The position numbers and the translations under genes are program-made. Shown piece by piece: positions 1 to 9,386 of a DNA stretch of 54,995 nt (the stretch's first letter is position 1; each line of letters begins with the position of its first letter). The notes under the pieces were generated by a model, which saw only the letters and a program-made list of their open reading frames with translations, did not search any database and was not told the DNA's origin. Source of the stretch: Nakamurella sp. (lineage in GTDB: Bacteria; Actinomycetota; Actinomycetes; Mycobacteriales; Nakamurellaceae); NCBI GenBank assembly GCA_035708025.1, contig DASSTH010000303.1, positions 1 to 54,995 of the forward strand. The letters are read 5' to 3'.

Positions 1-4
1 GCAC

Positions 5-400
5 ATGAAGCGCGTCAAGACCCTCTACCTGCGGGCGATGAAGAACACCCTGAACCGGATCACCACCCGGGTGGCGCGGCGGGGCCGCGGCCCGTTCTCG
101 CTGATTTCTCACGTCGGACGGCGCAGCGGCCGCAGCTACCAGACTCCGGTGGTGTTGGCGCGGGTGCCCGACGGGTTCGTCGCCGAACTCACCTACGGAC
201 CGTCGGTGGATTGGTTACGCAACATTGTCGCGGCCGGCGGCTGCACGGTGCTGTACCGCGGGCGGGAGTACACCGTCGACCGGATCGACCCGTGCAGCAC
301 CGAGGACGGTCTGCGGGCCTACGGAAACCCCCTGGCGGTGATGCTCCGGTTGCTGCGCCGCGAGTTCCGACGCCTGCACGTCGTCGACGACGCCGGCTGA
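5..400 (+). CDS. Nitroreductase-family deazaflavin (F420)-dependent oxidoreductase (Ddn-like), copy 1
   Basis: Motifs HVGRRSGRSYQTPV and TYGPSVDWLRNIVAAGGC typical of split-barrel F420H2-dependent reductases. Confidence 0.85.
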   Translation: MKRVKTLYLRAMKNTLNRITTRVARRGRGPFSLISHVGRRSGRSYQTPVVLARVPDGFVAELTYGPSVDWLRNIVAAGGCTVLYRGREYTVDRIDPCSTEDGLRAYGNPLAVMLRLLRREFRRLHVVDDAG

Positions 401-490
401 CTTGCCCCGAGGCGCGGCGGCGGACACCCTGCGAACCGGCACGCCCGGCGCGGTCCAGCGGACGACCGAACCGCTACCGCCCTGGCCTTC

Positions 491-862
491 TCACCAGCCG
501 TAGGGTCCGAACCGCCCCCACGCCACCACCGCCGACACGACGAGCAGGACGACGGTGACGGCGACGCCGGACGGCTCGCGGCGACGCACGTGCAGCCCGG
601 CGGCGAGCGCCAGCATCAGCACGAGTCCGGCGGCGGCCGTCGGCGTCAGGATCGGCGCCGTGCCGATGGCGGCCGGTGCGATGAGGCCGACGGCCGCGGC
701 CATCTCGGCCACCGCCACCACCCGCACGGTCGCCGGCGGGGTGTCCTGCATCCAGGCGTACTTGGCCACCAGCACCTCCCGCGGCCGCGTCAGCTTCTGC
801 ACGCCCGACGCGGCGAACAGCGCGGCGAGGACCGCCTGCAGAATCCACAGCGCGACGTTCAC
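491..862 (-). CDS. DoxX-family membrane protein
   Basis: VNVALWILQAVLAALFAASGVQKL...AEMAAAVGLIAP...GLHVRRRE; GTG start overlaps the stop of the upstream gene (GTGA). Confidence 0.85.
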   Translation of the reverse strand: MNVALWILQAVLAALFAASGVQKLTRPREVLVAKYAWMQDTPPATVRVVAVAEMAAAVGLIAPAAIGTAPILTPTAAAGLVLMLALAAGLHVRRREPSGVAVTVVLLVVSAVVAWGRFGPYGW

Positions 863-1308
863 GATGCGCCTCCGCCCACCGGACCGCCGGGCAACGGAGT
901 GGTGTCCAGATACCTGATCTCGTAGACCCGCTCGACGAACCTCCAACCCTGGGCGGTCCGCCGGTACCGGTCGTGGTAGATCGCGCGGTTCGAGGCCGAG
1001 GTCCCGTCCAGGCCCATGATCAACTCGGACAGGTAGGCGCGGCCCCGCGCGGTGGCGCCCGTGACCTCGATCGCTCCGGGGTGCGTCGTCTGCACGAACA
1101 CCGAGAAGCGTTGCTGCCGGGCGGCGGACAGCCGATGGATCTGCTCCCGTCCGATCGCCTCGACGCCGGCGTCCGGCATGCGGACGCTCCCGTCCGGCAC
1201 GAACAGTCCAGCCAGCCGATCGTGGTCGTTCATCATCACCGCATCGGTGAATTCCCACTGCAGCGCCTCGATCTCCATGCGGTCCAACAACGTCTGCCGC
1301 TCGGCCAT
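859..1308 (-). CDS. NTF2/SnoaL-like domain protein
   Basis: DRMEIEAL...LAGLFVPDG...YHDRYRRTAQGWRFVER pattern; GGAGG RBS upstream. Confidence 0.85.
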   Translation of the reverse strand: MAERQTLLDRMEIEALQWEFTDAVMMNDHDRLAGLFVPDGSVRMPDAGVEAIGREQIHRLSAARQQRFSVFVQTTHPGAIEVTGATARGRAYLSELIMGLDGTSASNRAIYHDRYRRTAQGWRFVERVYEIRYLDTTPLPGGPVGGGAS

Positions 1309-1432
1309 CCGTCCTCCGTCCCACTGCCTTGCCTGACGGTGGGTCGACGAACTGCCGGCCGGAAGTGTGAGGTGTGCGGGCGAACCTGCTCACCCGGCGC
1401 GGCCTCGCCGCAGCGCCGAGGCCGGCAGGCGG

Positions 1433-2050
1433 CTACCCGGAGGCGCGGGTCCGGTGCAGGGCGGTGACCAGGACGGGGGTGAGCAGGTCCACGACCCCGC
1501 GGCGGGACATCGGTGCCAGGGGTTCCAGCTGCAGGACGTAGCGGCTGAAGACGAGGCCCGCCATCACCACGGCAACGGGGGCCGCCCGCTGGCGAGCATG
1601 GGCCCCTCCGATCCGCTCGGCGATCTGACCCAGGATCTCCCGTTCCAGGAACTCGCGCAGCGCGCGCCGGCCGTCGTCGCTCCCGAGTGAGGAGTGCAGG
1701 GCCGCCATCGACTCGGCGGCCCGCCCCGAGCCCTCCCATGCCGCGACGGTCCGGTCCAGCAGGTCGCGTGCCAGCTGGACGGTGGGCGCGGGCTGGTCGA
1801 TGACCTCGGCGAGCACGTGCGCCGGGTCCAGCCCCAGCTCCATGGCGGCCACGAACAACCCGTGCTTGGAGCCGAAGTGGTAATTCAACAGTGCGGGGTC
1901 GACGGCGGCCTCTCGGGCGATCGACCGGAGGCTGGTCCCGGCGTATCCCTGGCTCCGAAACCGCTCCGCCGCAATGTGCACGATCCGGTCCTTCAGGCCG
2001 GATGCCCCGGCCGGCCTGCCCCGTCGGCGCGGCGCATTATTCATCACCAT
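1433..2050 (-). CDS. TetR/AcrR-family transcriptional regulator
   Basis: RRRGRP...GYAGTSLRSIAREAAVDPALLNYHFGSKHGLF helix-turn-helix; start uncertain (2050 or 2092). Confidence 0.9.
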   Translation of the reverse strand: MVMNNAPRRRGRPAGASGLKDRIVHIAAERFRSQGYAGTSLRSIAREAAVDPALLNYHFGSKHGLFVAAMELGLDPAHVLAEVIDQPAPTVQLARDLLDRTVAAWEGSGRAAESMAALHSSLGSDDGRRALREFLEREILGQIAERIGGAHARQRAAPVAVVMAGLVFSRYVLQLEPLAPMSRRGVVDLLTPVLVTALHRTRASG

Positions 2051-2136
2051 TGCACACTGCTTCCTGATCGGGCCATCGTCAATGCCATGCACCGGCTGCA
2101 GCGATGTGCCCCGTCCGGGGCGGCCGGGGACGGGAG

Positions 2137-2547
2137 ATGGTGGCGGTGAACGTCAAGAAGATCAAGAACGCGTTCCTGTGGGTGCTGAAGAACACCCTCA
2201 ACCGGGTCACCGTCCGGCTGGCCCGGTGGGGACACGGGCCGTTCTCGCTTATCCAGCATGTCGGGCGCAGCAGCGGCCGCACCTACCAGACTCCGGTGAT
2301 GCTGGCTCGGGTGCCGGACGGGTTCGTCGCCGAACTGACCTACGGGACCTCGGTGAACTGGTACCGCAACATCGTCGCGGCCGGCGGCTGCACGGTGCTG
2401 TACCGGGGACAGGAGTACACCGTCGACCGCATCGAGCCCTGCAGCGTCGATGACGGGCTCCGTGCCTACGGCAACCCCCGGGCACTGGTGCTCCGGCTGC
2501 TGCATCGGCGGGAGTTCCGCTGCCTGCATGTTGCCGACCCGCGCTGA
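2137..2547 (+). CDS. Nitroreductase-family deazaflavin (F420)-dependent oxidoreductase, copy 2
   Basis: Close paralogue of 5..400 (HVGRSSGRTYQTPV, WYRNIVAAGGC). Confidence 0.85.
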   Translation: MVAVNVKKIKNAFLWVLKNTLNRVTVRLARWGHGPFSLIQHVGRSSGRTYQTPVMLARVPDGFVAELTYGTSVNWYRNIVAAGGCTVLYRGQEYTVDRIEPCSVDDGLRAYGNPRALVLRLLHRREFRCLHVADPR

Positions 2548-2606
2548 ATCGGCGGCGGGTCCGCAGATGCCGTGACCAGACAGGCAGTTTCGCTCTGCGC
2601 AGGCGA

Positions 2607-3239
2607 TCAGGTGAGGTCCAGCTCGGCGAACATTCCGGCCGCGTAGTGACCGGGCAGGTTGCAGGCGAGCTCGTACCTGCCGGGCGGCAGCCGCAGGCTG
2701 ACCCAGCCGCGCGAGCCGGCCACGATGCCGTCGCCCGCTCCGGCGGCGCAGGCGGCCGACGCCTCGCCCAAACTGCTGGACTCGTCGATTCTCCCGTCGT
2801 GTCCCACGCTGCGGCTCCCCGGTTGCTGCCCGTCCGGCAGCGGCAGCACGACCAGTTCGTGTCCGAGCCGGCCGGTGTTGGTCACGGCCAGCGACACCGT
2901 GCCGGCCGGCACCGAGGTCGGGGCGGCCAGGATGCGCATCATCTGGTGGTGGAGCGGGCCCCGGTCATCCGGATCCATCATTCCGCGGGGGCTGCCCATC
3001 ATGGCGCCGCGCATCGTCATCGGCCGCGACTCCATCAACTGCACGGCCACCGTGGTGCCGGGCAGGACCGGCGATGTGCATCCGGCGACCCCGATCTCAG
3101 AGCCGCGAGCGGTGGATCCGAACCCGCCCAGGCCGGCTGCCACGGCGACCGTCGACCCGATGGCGAGCAGCAGTACTGAGGCGATCGCGATCGACAGGCC
3201 CCGGCGGTTCAGTGATGCGCGACCGGCGGCGCTGGTCAT
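2607..3239 (-). CDS. Sulfocyanin-like exported blue-copper (cupredoxin) protein
   Basis: Type-1 Cu ligand loop CNLPGHYAAGM plus upstream GHELVV His; N-terminal NRRGL and hydrophobic helix; Met/His-rich insert. Confidence 0.85.
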   Translation of the reverse strand: MTSAAGRASLNRRGLSIAIASVLLLAIGSTVAVAAGLGGFGSTARGSEIGVAGCTSPVLPGTTVAVQLMESRPMTMRGAMMGSPRGMMDPDDRGPLHHQMMRILAAPTSVPAGTVSLAVTNTGRLGHELVVLPLPDGQQPGSRSVGHDGRIDESSSLGEASAACAAGAGDGIVAGSRGWVSLRLPPGRYELACNLPGHYAAGMFAELDLT

Positions 3240-3523
3240 CGGGATGCGAGCGTGTCGCGGCGGGTCCGGTACTCCTCCTCGCCGATCTCGCCGCGGGCAT
3301 ATCGCTCGTCCAGGATGTCTCGGGCCATCGAGCGTTCATGCGCCGCAGGCAAGTCCGCCGGCTCGCCCGGACCCATCGGCCCGTTCGGTCCGGACCGGTG
3401 GCCGCCGGTGATCCGGACCACCCACACGATCAGCGCGACCACCAGGGCCCAGAAGACCAACATCCCGAACCCCATCAGCAACCAGGTGCCGACACCCCAT
3501 CCGCCATCCCAGTGCGGGATCAT
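3236..3523 (-). CDS. SHOCT-domain membrane protein
   Basis: One TM helix and C-terminal ARDILDERYARGEIGEEEYRTRRDTL; ATGA overlap with the cupredoxin gene. Confidence 0.85.
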   Translation of the reverse strand: MIPHWDGGWGVGTWLLMGFGMLVFWALVVALIVWVVRITGGHRSGPNGPMGPGEPADLPAAHERSMARDILDERYARGEIGEEEYRTRRDTLASR

Positions 3524-3611
3524 CGCGACGCGCCTCCTCACCGTTCCGAGTGGCGCGTGGACCCGGCGCACCACCTCACCACCCAGGGTCCGCCGCGAGC
3601 CGCCCCCGTTG

Positions 3612-3630
3612 CAGGGGCTTTGGTCACCTG
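3612..3630. promoter_or_regulatory. DosR-box-like palindrome upstream of the SHOCT/cupredoxin genes
   Basis: CAGGGGCTTTGGTCACCTG, a degenerate match to the GGGAC-NNN-GNCCC-type motif. Confidence 0.4.
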
Positions 3631-4301
3631 ACGAGCGTTGCGGGGTACGTCACAGCGTCACCGTCACGATGTCCGTCGTGCTGGTACCGCACGCTGGTCC
3701 AGGCATGGGCGGCGGGGGTGAGGGTGGTGGCCAACGCGACCCCGGCGAGCAGCGCACCGGCGACTGCCAGGGTGCGCCAGCGTCGGCGGCGGGTCAGCGG
3801 TGTCGACGCTGGGTCGCGCAGCTCGTGCCAGGTGGCCTTCCCGGCTTGGACGATGTGGCCGAGCACGTGGACTCCGGTCGCCGCGATCCAGACGATGAAG
3901 GCGGACTGGTGCAAGGTCAGCAACGGTTCGCGGTGGACGGGCCCGGTGAAGATCAGGCCGATCCCGGTGCCGAGGACCGCCAGGCTGGACAGCAGGACGA
4001 CGGGCCCCAGTATCCGGAGCACGACGTGCGGCGGGCCCTTCTGCACGTATGGGAGCGATCGTGAGTAGTAGCGGGCGAAACGGTAGGCGGTGGTCGCGCA
4101 CTTCAACAGCACGGGTCCGACCAGCAGCAGACCGATGTAGACATGGAGGGTGATCATCTGACGGATGCTCAGGATCGTCACGCCCTCGAGCGCCAGCACC
4201 ACCAGCAGCACCATTCCGTTGACGGCCGTCAGCCGGCCGTTTCCCTCCACCCCGGCGTCGGCCGCGGGGTCGGCATCCATGCCCGCCGGGCGAGTCCTCA
4301 T
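3624..4301 (-). CDS. Polytopic membrane protein, possibly cytochrome b-like
   Basis: About 5 hydrophobic helices with intramembrane His (LHVYIG; [20 protein letters not shown], His pair 14 apart); ATGA-coupled to the Rieske gene. Confidence 0.65.
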   Translation of the reverse strand: MRTRPAGMDADPAADAGVEGNGRLTAVNGMVLLVVLALEGVTILSIRQMITLHVYIGLLLVGPVLLKCATTAYRFARYYSRSLPYVQKGPPHVVLRILGPVVLLSSLAVLGTGIGLIFTGPVHREPLLTLHQSAFIVWIAATGVHVLGHIVQAGKATWHELRDPASTPLTRRRRWRTLAVAGALLAGVALATTLTPAAHAWTSVRYQHDGHRDGDAVTYPATLVR

Positions 4302-5575
4302 GCGTCCACCCACAACCGGCCCCCCACCACACGAACCGGAATGGAGCGCAGCGGAGCGGGCGGTGGGCCCTGCAGCACCTGACCGGTCCGCGCGTCATAT
4401 ACCCCGCCGTGGCAAGGGCAGACGAACTGAGCACCCGCTTGGTCGTATTCGACCGTGCAGCCGGCATGCGTGCAGACGGCGTCGAAGGCCAGGAACTGGT
4501 TGCCGGAAGGGTGGACGAGCCAGGCGGGGTCGCCCGTTGCAGGGTCGGTGAATGTCCGGGCCTGGCCCGGCGGGACGGCCGCGGCCGCGCCGATCGGCGT
4601 GCCGGCCGGGGCGGACGTCGCCGATGATGACCCGGAAGCGGCCGACGTCGGGTGGTCACGCGTCGGGGTGGTCCCTGTTGATGAGCCGCCTGCTGTGGGT
4701 GTCGGCGACCCGGGAGAGGAGGGCGGGGTGGTGCCGGGTGCCTGCGTCGCCGCGGCGGATTGCGCGATCTGCGCCGCTGGTTGCCGGCCGTTGCGGATCC
4801 TGCCTATCCACGCGGTGAGACCTGCCAGCGCCACGACCGCTCCCGCCGCCGCGGTGGCCGCGCTGCCGGTCCGCAGCGCGGTGCGCCGGTTCAGTTCCTT
4901 CGCGGTCGATGGGGGTATCCGTTCGCTCACCGGGAAGACCGGACAACCATGGGCTCGGCGGCAGATCCCGTCCGGCCGCAAGCCGCAGCCGGGACCGCGC
5001 CCGCACAGGGCGTGCAGTCGCTGCGCCGACACCGGGACCGCGACCGGTGACGGTTCCATCCCCAGTGATGCGCGGGCCCGGTGACGCGACCACGCTTGCA
5101 GGCTGAGGACGCCGCGGTCGCCGAACCCCAGCAGGGTGAGCCATGCGAAGACGAAGACGATGTCGGCGCCGTAGTAGTACGGCCTGGTGGCCCAGGACAC
5201 GGTGAGGAAGAAGGTCAGTGCGAGCAGCGCGCCGCCGGCCGCGGCGATCCGGACGTACAGGCCCAGCAGCGCGCCGATGCCAACGGCCAGTTCCCCGGCG
5301 GCGATCGCCAGGCCCACCAGGACCGGTGCGTGCGCGGACACCGCGAGTAGCGGGCCGATCGGGCTGGTCCCTCGCAGCGCGCTCATCTGGCGGGCGATGG
5401 ACGCCGGGCTCTGCGGGTCGAGGAAGCTCGGGTTGGCCAGCTTCTGCAGCCCGGCGTAGCCGAAGGTGACGCCCAGGAATCCCCGCAGCGGCAGCAACAA
5501 CCAGCCCGGCTCGGCCAGACGCAGGCCCCACACCGATGCGCCGCCGTGCGATGACGTCACGGACCGAGGGTTCAT
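4298..5575 (-). CDS. DoxD/DoxX (TQO small-subunit-like) membrane domain fused to a Rieske [2Fe-2S] domain
   Basis: [20 protein letters not shown] DoxD-like start; internal LNRRTAL twin-Arg; S/T/P linker; CTHAGC and CPCHGGVY Rieske boxes. Confidence 0.9.
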   Translation of the reverse strand: MNPRSVTSSHGGASVWGLRLAEPGWLLLPLRGFLGVTFGYAGLQKLANPSFLDPQSPASIARQMSALRGTSPIGPLLAVSAHAPVLVGLAIAAGELAVGIGALLGLYVRIAAAGGALLALTFFLTVSWATRPYYYGADIVFVFAWLTLLGFGDRGVLSLQAWSRHRARASLGMEPSPVAVPVSAQRLHALCGRGPGCGLRPDGICRRAHGCPVFPVSERIPPSTAKELNRRTALRTGSAATAAAGAVVALAGLTAWIGRIRNGRQPAAQIAQSAAATQAPGTTPPSSPGSPTPTAGGSSTGTTPTRDHPTSAASGSSSATSAPAGTPIGAAAAVPPGQARTFTDPATGDPAWLVHPSGNQFLAFDAVCTHAGCTVEYDQAGAQFVCPCHGGVYDARTGQVLQGPPPAPLRSIPVRVVGGRLWVDA

Positions 5576-5655
5576 GACGATCAGTGTGGCGGCGCCGTGG
5601 TTCAGAACTCGTTCATCACCGGTCCCGCGGACCGCCGGGGCCCTACCGTGGGGGA

Positions 5656-6354
5656 GTGAGCCTGACCGACCCGCGCAACCTGGCCCTGGCGGGCCTGCAC
5701 GTGCTGGTGGTGGAGGACGATCCGGCGATCGGAACGCAACTGGCCAAGGGACTCACCCGGGCGGGCTGCCGGCCGCGGCTGGCCACCTCGGGCCGGGCAG
5801 CACTCGGCGAATCCGGCGTCGATCTGGTGCTTCTGGATCTGGGTCTGCCGGACATGGATGGCGTCGAGGTGTGCCTGGAGCTGCGGCGGCTCTCCCTGGT
5901 GCCGATCATCGTGGTGACCGCGCGCGGCGCGGAGGCGGCTCGGGTGGCGGCGCTGGATGCCGGGGCCGATGACTACATCGTCAAGCCGTTCGGGTTCGAC
6001 GAACTCACCGCGCGGATGCGGGCGGTGCTCCGCCGGTCGGGAGCCGGACGGAGGGGCGTGGTCGACTGCGGCCGACTGCGCGTCGACCTGACCGGCCGGC
6101 GGGTCATCGTCGACGGCACGCCCGTGGCGCTGACCGGCAAGGAGTTCGACATCCTCGCCTGCCTGGCGCTGGAACCGGGCCGGGTGGTCAGTCGGGAGGA
6201 GATCTTCGACCGAGTGTGGGACGAGCACTGGTACAGCCCGCGCAAGGTTCTCGACGTCCACATCGCCGCACTGCGGCGCAAGCTCGCAGATCCGGCGCTG
6301 ATCGAGACGGTCTATGGGCGCGGTTTCCGTCTGGCTGCGGCGGACCCGCCGTGA
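5656..6354 (+). CDS. OmpR/PhoB-family response regulator
   Basis: [21 protein letters not shown] receiver motifs; winged helix ending [11 protein letters not shown]. Confidence 0.93.
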   Translation: MSLTDPRNLALAGLHVLVVEDDPAIGTQLAKGLTRAGCRPRLATSGRAALGESGVDLVLLDLGLPDMDGVEVCLELRRLSLVPIIVVTARGAEAARVAALDAGADDYIVKPFGFDELTARMRAVLRRSGAGRRGVVDCGRLRVDLTGRRVIVDGTPVALTGKEFDILACLALEPGRVVSREEIFDRVWDEHWYSPRKVLDVHIAALRRKLADPALIETVYGRGFRLAAADPP

Positions 6355-7712
6355 CCAAACGCATCATCGGCGGCTTCCTGGCCGTGCTGGCCGTGGTCCT
6401 GGCCGGGGTGGTGATCCCGCTCGGGATCATCGTCACCACCCAGCAGGCGGAGGACTTCACCGATCAGATCCGCCGCGCGGCCCAAGCGATCGGCGCGATC
6501 GCCGAGGAGCGACTCGACGACCATGCGCCGGCCACCGGGCTGCAGGCGGTGCTGGACCGGTTCGCCGCCGACGGGTACAGCGCGGTGGTGCTCGACGACA
6601 CCGGTCGGGCGGTTGCGCACGCCGGAGCACCCATCCCCGCCACGGCCCTGCGTGCGGCGCGCAGCGGCGGTGTGCTTCCGGCGCCGGGCGACGCCATCGC
6701 GGTCGCCGCGCCCGTCGGCGACGCGGGACGGCAGCTCGGCCACGTCGTCGTCATGCGGGACAGCACTCCGCTGGACGAGCGCCGCCGGGGGCTCTGGATG
6801 ATGCTGGCCGCCGCCGCATTCGCCTCTCTGGGGCTCGGGGCTCTGGTCGCCGTGCTGATCAGCCGGTGGATCGCCCGCCCGCTGACCGAGTTGGCCGGGG
6901 CCGCCCACAGCGTGGGTCGCGCCGACCGGTGGTTGAGGGCCGATGAGCACGCCGGGCCGACGCAGGTGCGCGACGTGGCCGCCGCCTTCAACACGATGGC
7001 CGACCGGGTGGCAGAACTGTTGCAGCTGCAGCAGGACATGACCGCCGAGGTGTCCCACCAGCTGCGCACGCCGCTTGCTGCGCTGCGCCTGCGGCTGGAG
7101 TTGCATCGCGACGAACTCCCGCAGGGGCCGGCGGCCGCCGACATCACCGCCATGATCGACGAGATCGGCCGGCTGTCGCGCCTTCTGGGCGGGCTACTGG
7201 CCGTCGCCCGGGCCGAGGCGACCGCACCCTCGCCGGCGCTCATCGACCCCGGCTCGGTCGCCGCCGACCGGGTGGCCGCGTGGGAACCGATCGCGGCTGA
7301 CAAGCGAGTCGACCTGCTGATCGACGCGACGCCCACGGTGGTGGCCACCACATCCGGTTACCTGGAACAGATCCTGGACAACCTGTTGGACAACGCCATC
7401 GAGGCCAGCCCACCGGGCGGATCGGTGTCCATCACCATCACCACTAACTCCACCGGTAGTGCGGTGACGATATGCGATGCCGGCCCTGGGATGAGCGGCG
7501 AGCAACGGGTCGAGGCGCTGGGACGATGGGCCAGCGACCGGGTGGGCGACGGCGGAACGGGACTGGGGCTGGCCATCGTCCAGCGGCTGGTGGAGGCTGA
7601 TCACGGCACCGTGCAGCTCGACGAATCACCCGCCGGCGGCCTGCGGGTCCGGGTGCACTACCCCCGGACCGATCGCCCGATCCCGGCGACGGACGGGGCG
7701 TCGACCGGCTGA
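6351..7712 (+). CDS. HAMP-domain sensor histidine kinase (HisKA)
   Basis: Two TM helices, HAMP, EVSHQLRTPL H-box, NLLDNA, DAGPG, GTGLGLAIV; GTGA overlap with the response regulator. Confidence 0.93.
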   Translation: MTKRIIGGFLAVLAVVLAGVVIPLGIIVTTQQAEDFTDQIRRAAQAIGAIAEERLDDHAPATGLQAVLDRFAADGYSAVVLDDTGRAVAHAGAPIPATALRAARSGGVLPAPGDAIAVAAPVGDAGRQLGHVVVMRDSTPLDERRRGLWMMLAAAAFASLGLGALVAVLISRWIARPLTELAGAAHSVGRADRWLRADEHAGPTQVRDVAAAFNTMADRVAELLQLQQDMTAEVSHQLRTPLAALRLRLELHRDELPQGPAAADITAMIDEIGRLSRLLGGLLAVARAEATAPSPALIDPGSVAADRVAAWEPIAADKRVDLLIDATPTVVATTSGYLEQILDNLLDNAIEASPPGGSVSITITTNSTGSAVTICDAGPGMSGEQRVEALGRWASDRVGDGGTGLGLAIVQRLVEADHGTVQLDESPAGGLRVRVHYPRTDRPIPATDGASTG

Positions 7713-7820
7713 GCGGTTCGCCGGTCTACGGCCCTGCGTCGGGAAGCTGCGATCCGATGGCCTTCGGTGGGGGCTGTGGTCGTCGACGGCGTGCCGTTGG
7801 CCTCGGGGTCCGCTCCACCG

Positions 7821-7838
7821 CAGCGACCTTCGGCCCTG
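7821..7838. promoter_or_regulatory. DosR-box-like palindrome upstream of deacetylase 1
   Basis: CAGCGACCTTCGGCCCTG. Confidence 0.5.
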
Positions 7839-7916
7839 ATGGGGCAGGACCAAGGCCGGATGTGCCGCCGGGCGGTGACGGGCATCCTGGGAATGCCTTC
7901 CATCGCAGGAGGTGTC

Positions 7917-9206
7917 ATGACCATGCGGGCTCGCGCGGCGTTGATCGCGGCGCTGCTGGCAGCGACCGCGGCTGCCGGATGCGCAGCCCCGGATTCCGGG
8001 GCACCCAGCTCGCAGACCACATCGAATACGCCTACAGCCAGTTCGGGCGGCACCACCAGTTCGGGCAGCGCTCCCGGCACCACCCTCAGCATCACGCCGA
8101 CCGGTCCGCCCCGCACCACACAATCGGACTCCCCGACGTCGCAGACTCCGACTTCATCTCCCTCCCATCTCACCTCGCCGACGTTGAGCCCGAGCGAGTC
8201 CGAACCCACCACCAGCAGCACCGCACAGCCAGTGATCACGGTTGCCGGTATCACCATCCCGGCAGCCGGGATCCGGGATGTCGCAACGGCCCTGCGGGCC
8301 GCCGGGGTGTCCCCTCCGGACGGCCGGCTGCTCGCGGTGGTCAGCGGCCGCGTCCTCGACGCGCACCACGACCCTGCCCGGATCAGGGTGAACGGCGCCC
8401 CGGCATCGCTGGCTACCCCGCTGCGGCCCTACGACATGGTGACCTTCGTCGCCGGGCATGATCGGATCGAGGGCACTCGCGAGGTCACCGAGCCGGTCTA
8501 CTTGGATAGCGCTGCCGCGGCCCTGTACGTCGGCTATCGGCCAGGAACAAGCCGCGTCATCGAAGGATCCCGCAGCGGTGAGGTGGTGAGCTCGACTTTG
8601 ATCGGAGCGCCCATCGTCGGCCGATTGCGCGCACCGGCACGCTTCGCGCTCACCATCGACGACGGGCCGAGCCGCACCGCCACAGCGCAGGTGCTCGACC
8701 TGCTCGACCGATACGCGGTGCAGGCGGTGTTCTGTCTCATCGGCGAGAATGTGCTGGCGCATCCCGATCTGGCCAGGCGGGAGGCCGCGGCGGGCCACGA
8801 GCTGTGCGACCACACCCAGACCCACCCGTTGAACCTCCCGGCGTTGTCGGCGTCCCACATCCGGTCCGAGATCGCATCGGGCTACACGTCAATCGTCACG
8901 GCGGATGGGGGAGTGCGGCCCCGATACTTCCGCGCGCCGGGTGGCAACTGGTCGACGACGATCATCGACGACGCTCGCGCTCTGGGCCTGGCCCCGTTGA
9001 GATGGACGGTGGATCCCCGGGATTGGAGCGTCCCCGGCACCCAGGACATCGTCACGACGGTGCTCGACCAGCTGCGGCCCGACGGCATCATCCTGGTGCA
9101 CGACGGCGGCGGCGACCGCTCGGAAACCGTGCAGGCGCTGGGCATCCTGCTGGACGAGCTGGTCGCTGCCGGTTGGACCGTCACACTCCCCACCTGGGTG
9201 CGGTAG
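7917..9206 (+). CDS. Polysaccharide deacetylase (CE4/NodB) lipoprotein with S/T-rich linker
   Basis: AGGAGG RBS; lipobox AAAGC; CE4 motifs TIDDGP, HTQTH, RAPGG, DPRDW, LVHD. Confidence 0.88.
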   Translation: MTMRARAALIAALLAATAAAGCAAPDSGAPSSQTTSNTPTASSGGTTSSGSAPGTTLSITPTGPPRTTQSDSPTSQTPTSSPSHLTSPTLSPSESEPTTSSTAQPVITVAGITIPAAGIRDVATALRAAGVSPPDGRLLAVVSGRVLDAHHDPARIRVNGAPASLATPLRPYDMVTFVAGHDRIEGTREVTEPVYLDSAAAALYVGYRPGTSRVIEGSRSGEVVSSTLIGAPIVGRLRAPARFALTIDDGPSRTATAQVLDLLDRYAVQAVFCLIGENVLAHPDLARREAAAGHELCDHTQTHPLNLPALSASHIRSEIASGYTSIVTADGGVRPRYFRAPGGNWSTTIIDDARALGLAPLRWTVDPRDWSVPGTQDIVTTVLDQLRPDGIILVHDGGGDRSETVQALGILLDELVAAGWTVTLPTWVR

Positions 9207-9386
9207 CACCCAGCGGCGTGCAGCGACTCCCACGGCGGGTGCCTCTCGGGCCGGGCCCGCTCGGTTCGCATGCGCGCGCGCAATCCCGACACCGACGGCG
9301 ATGACGGAATCGCGGCCTTGTGGACTTCCGATGAAGCAAGGCTCAGTCGGCGCGAAGCCGCCGCCGAATGTACTGATCGGGCGACA

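Noticed and set aside
863-1393. N-terminal extension of the 300-aa ORF 491..1393
   Set aside because: Overlaps the SnoaL gene in another frame; the DoxX domain starts at GTG 862
5656-7712. Two-component system as the DosRS equivalent
   Set aside because: It is OmpR/HisKA type with a membrane sensor; DosR is NarL/LuxR type and pairs with HisKA_3 GAF kinases
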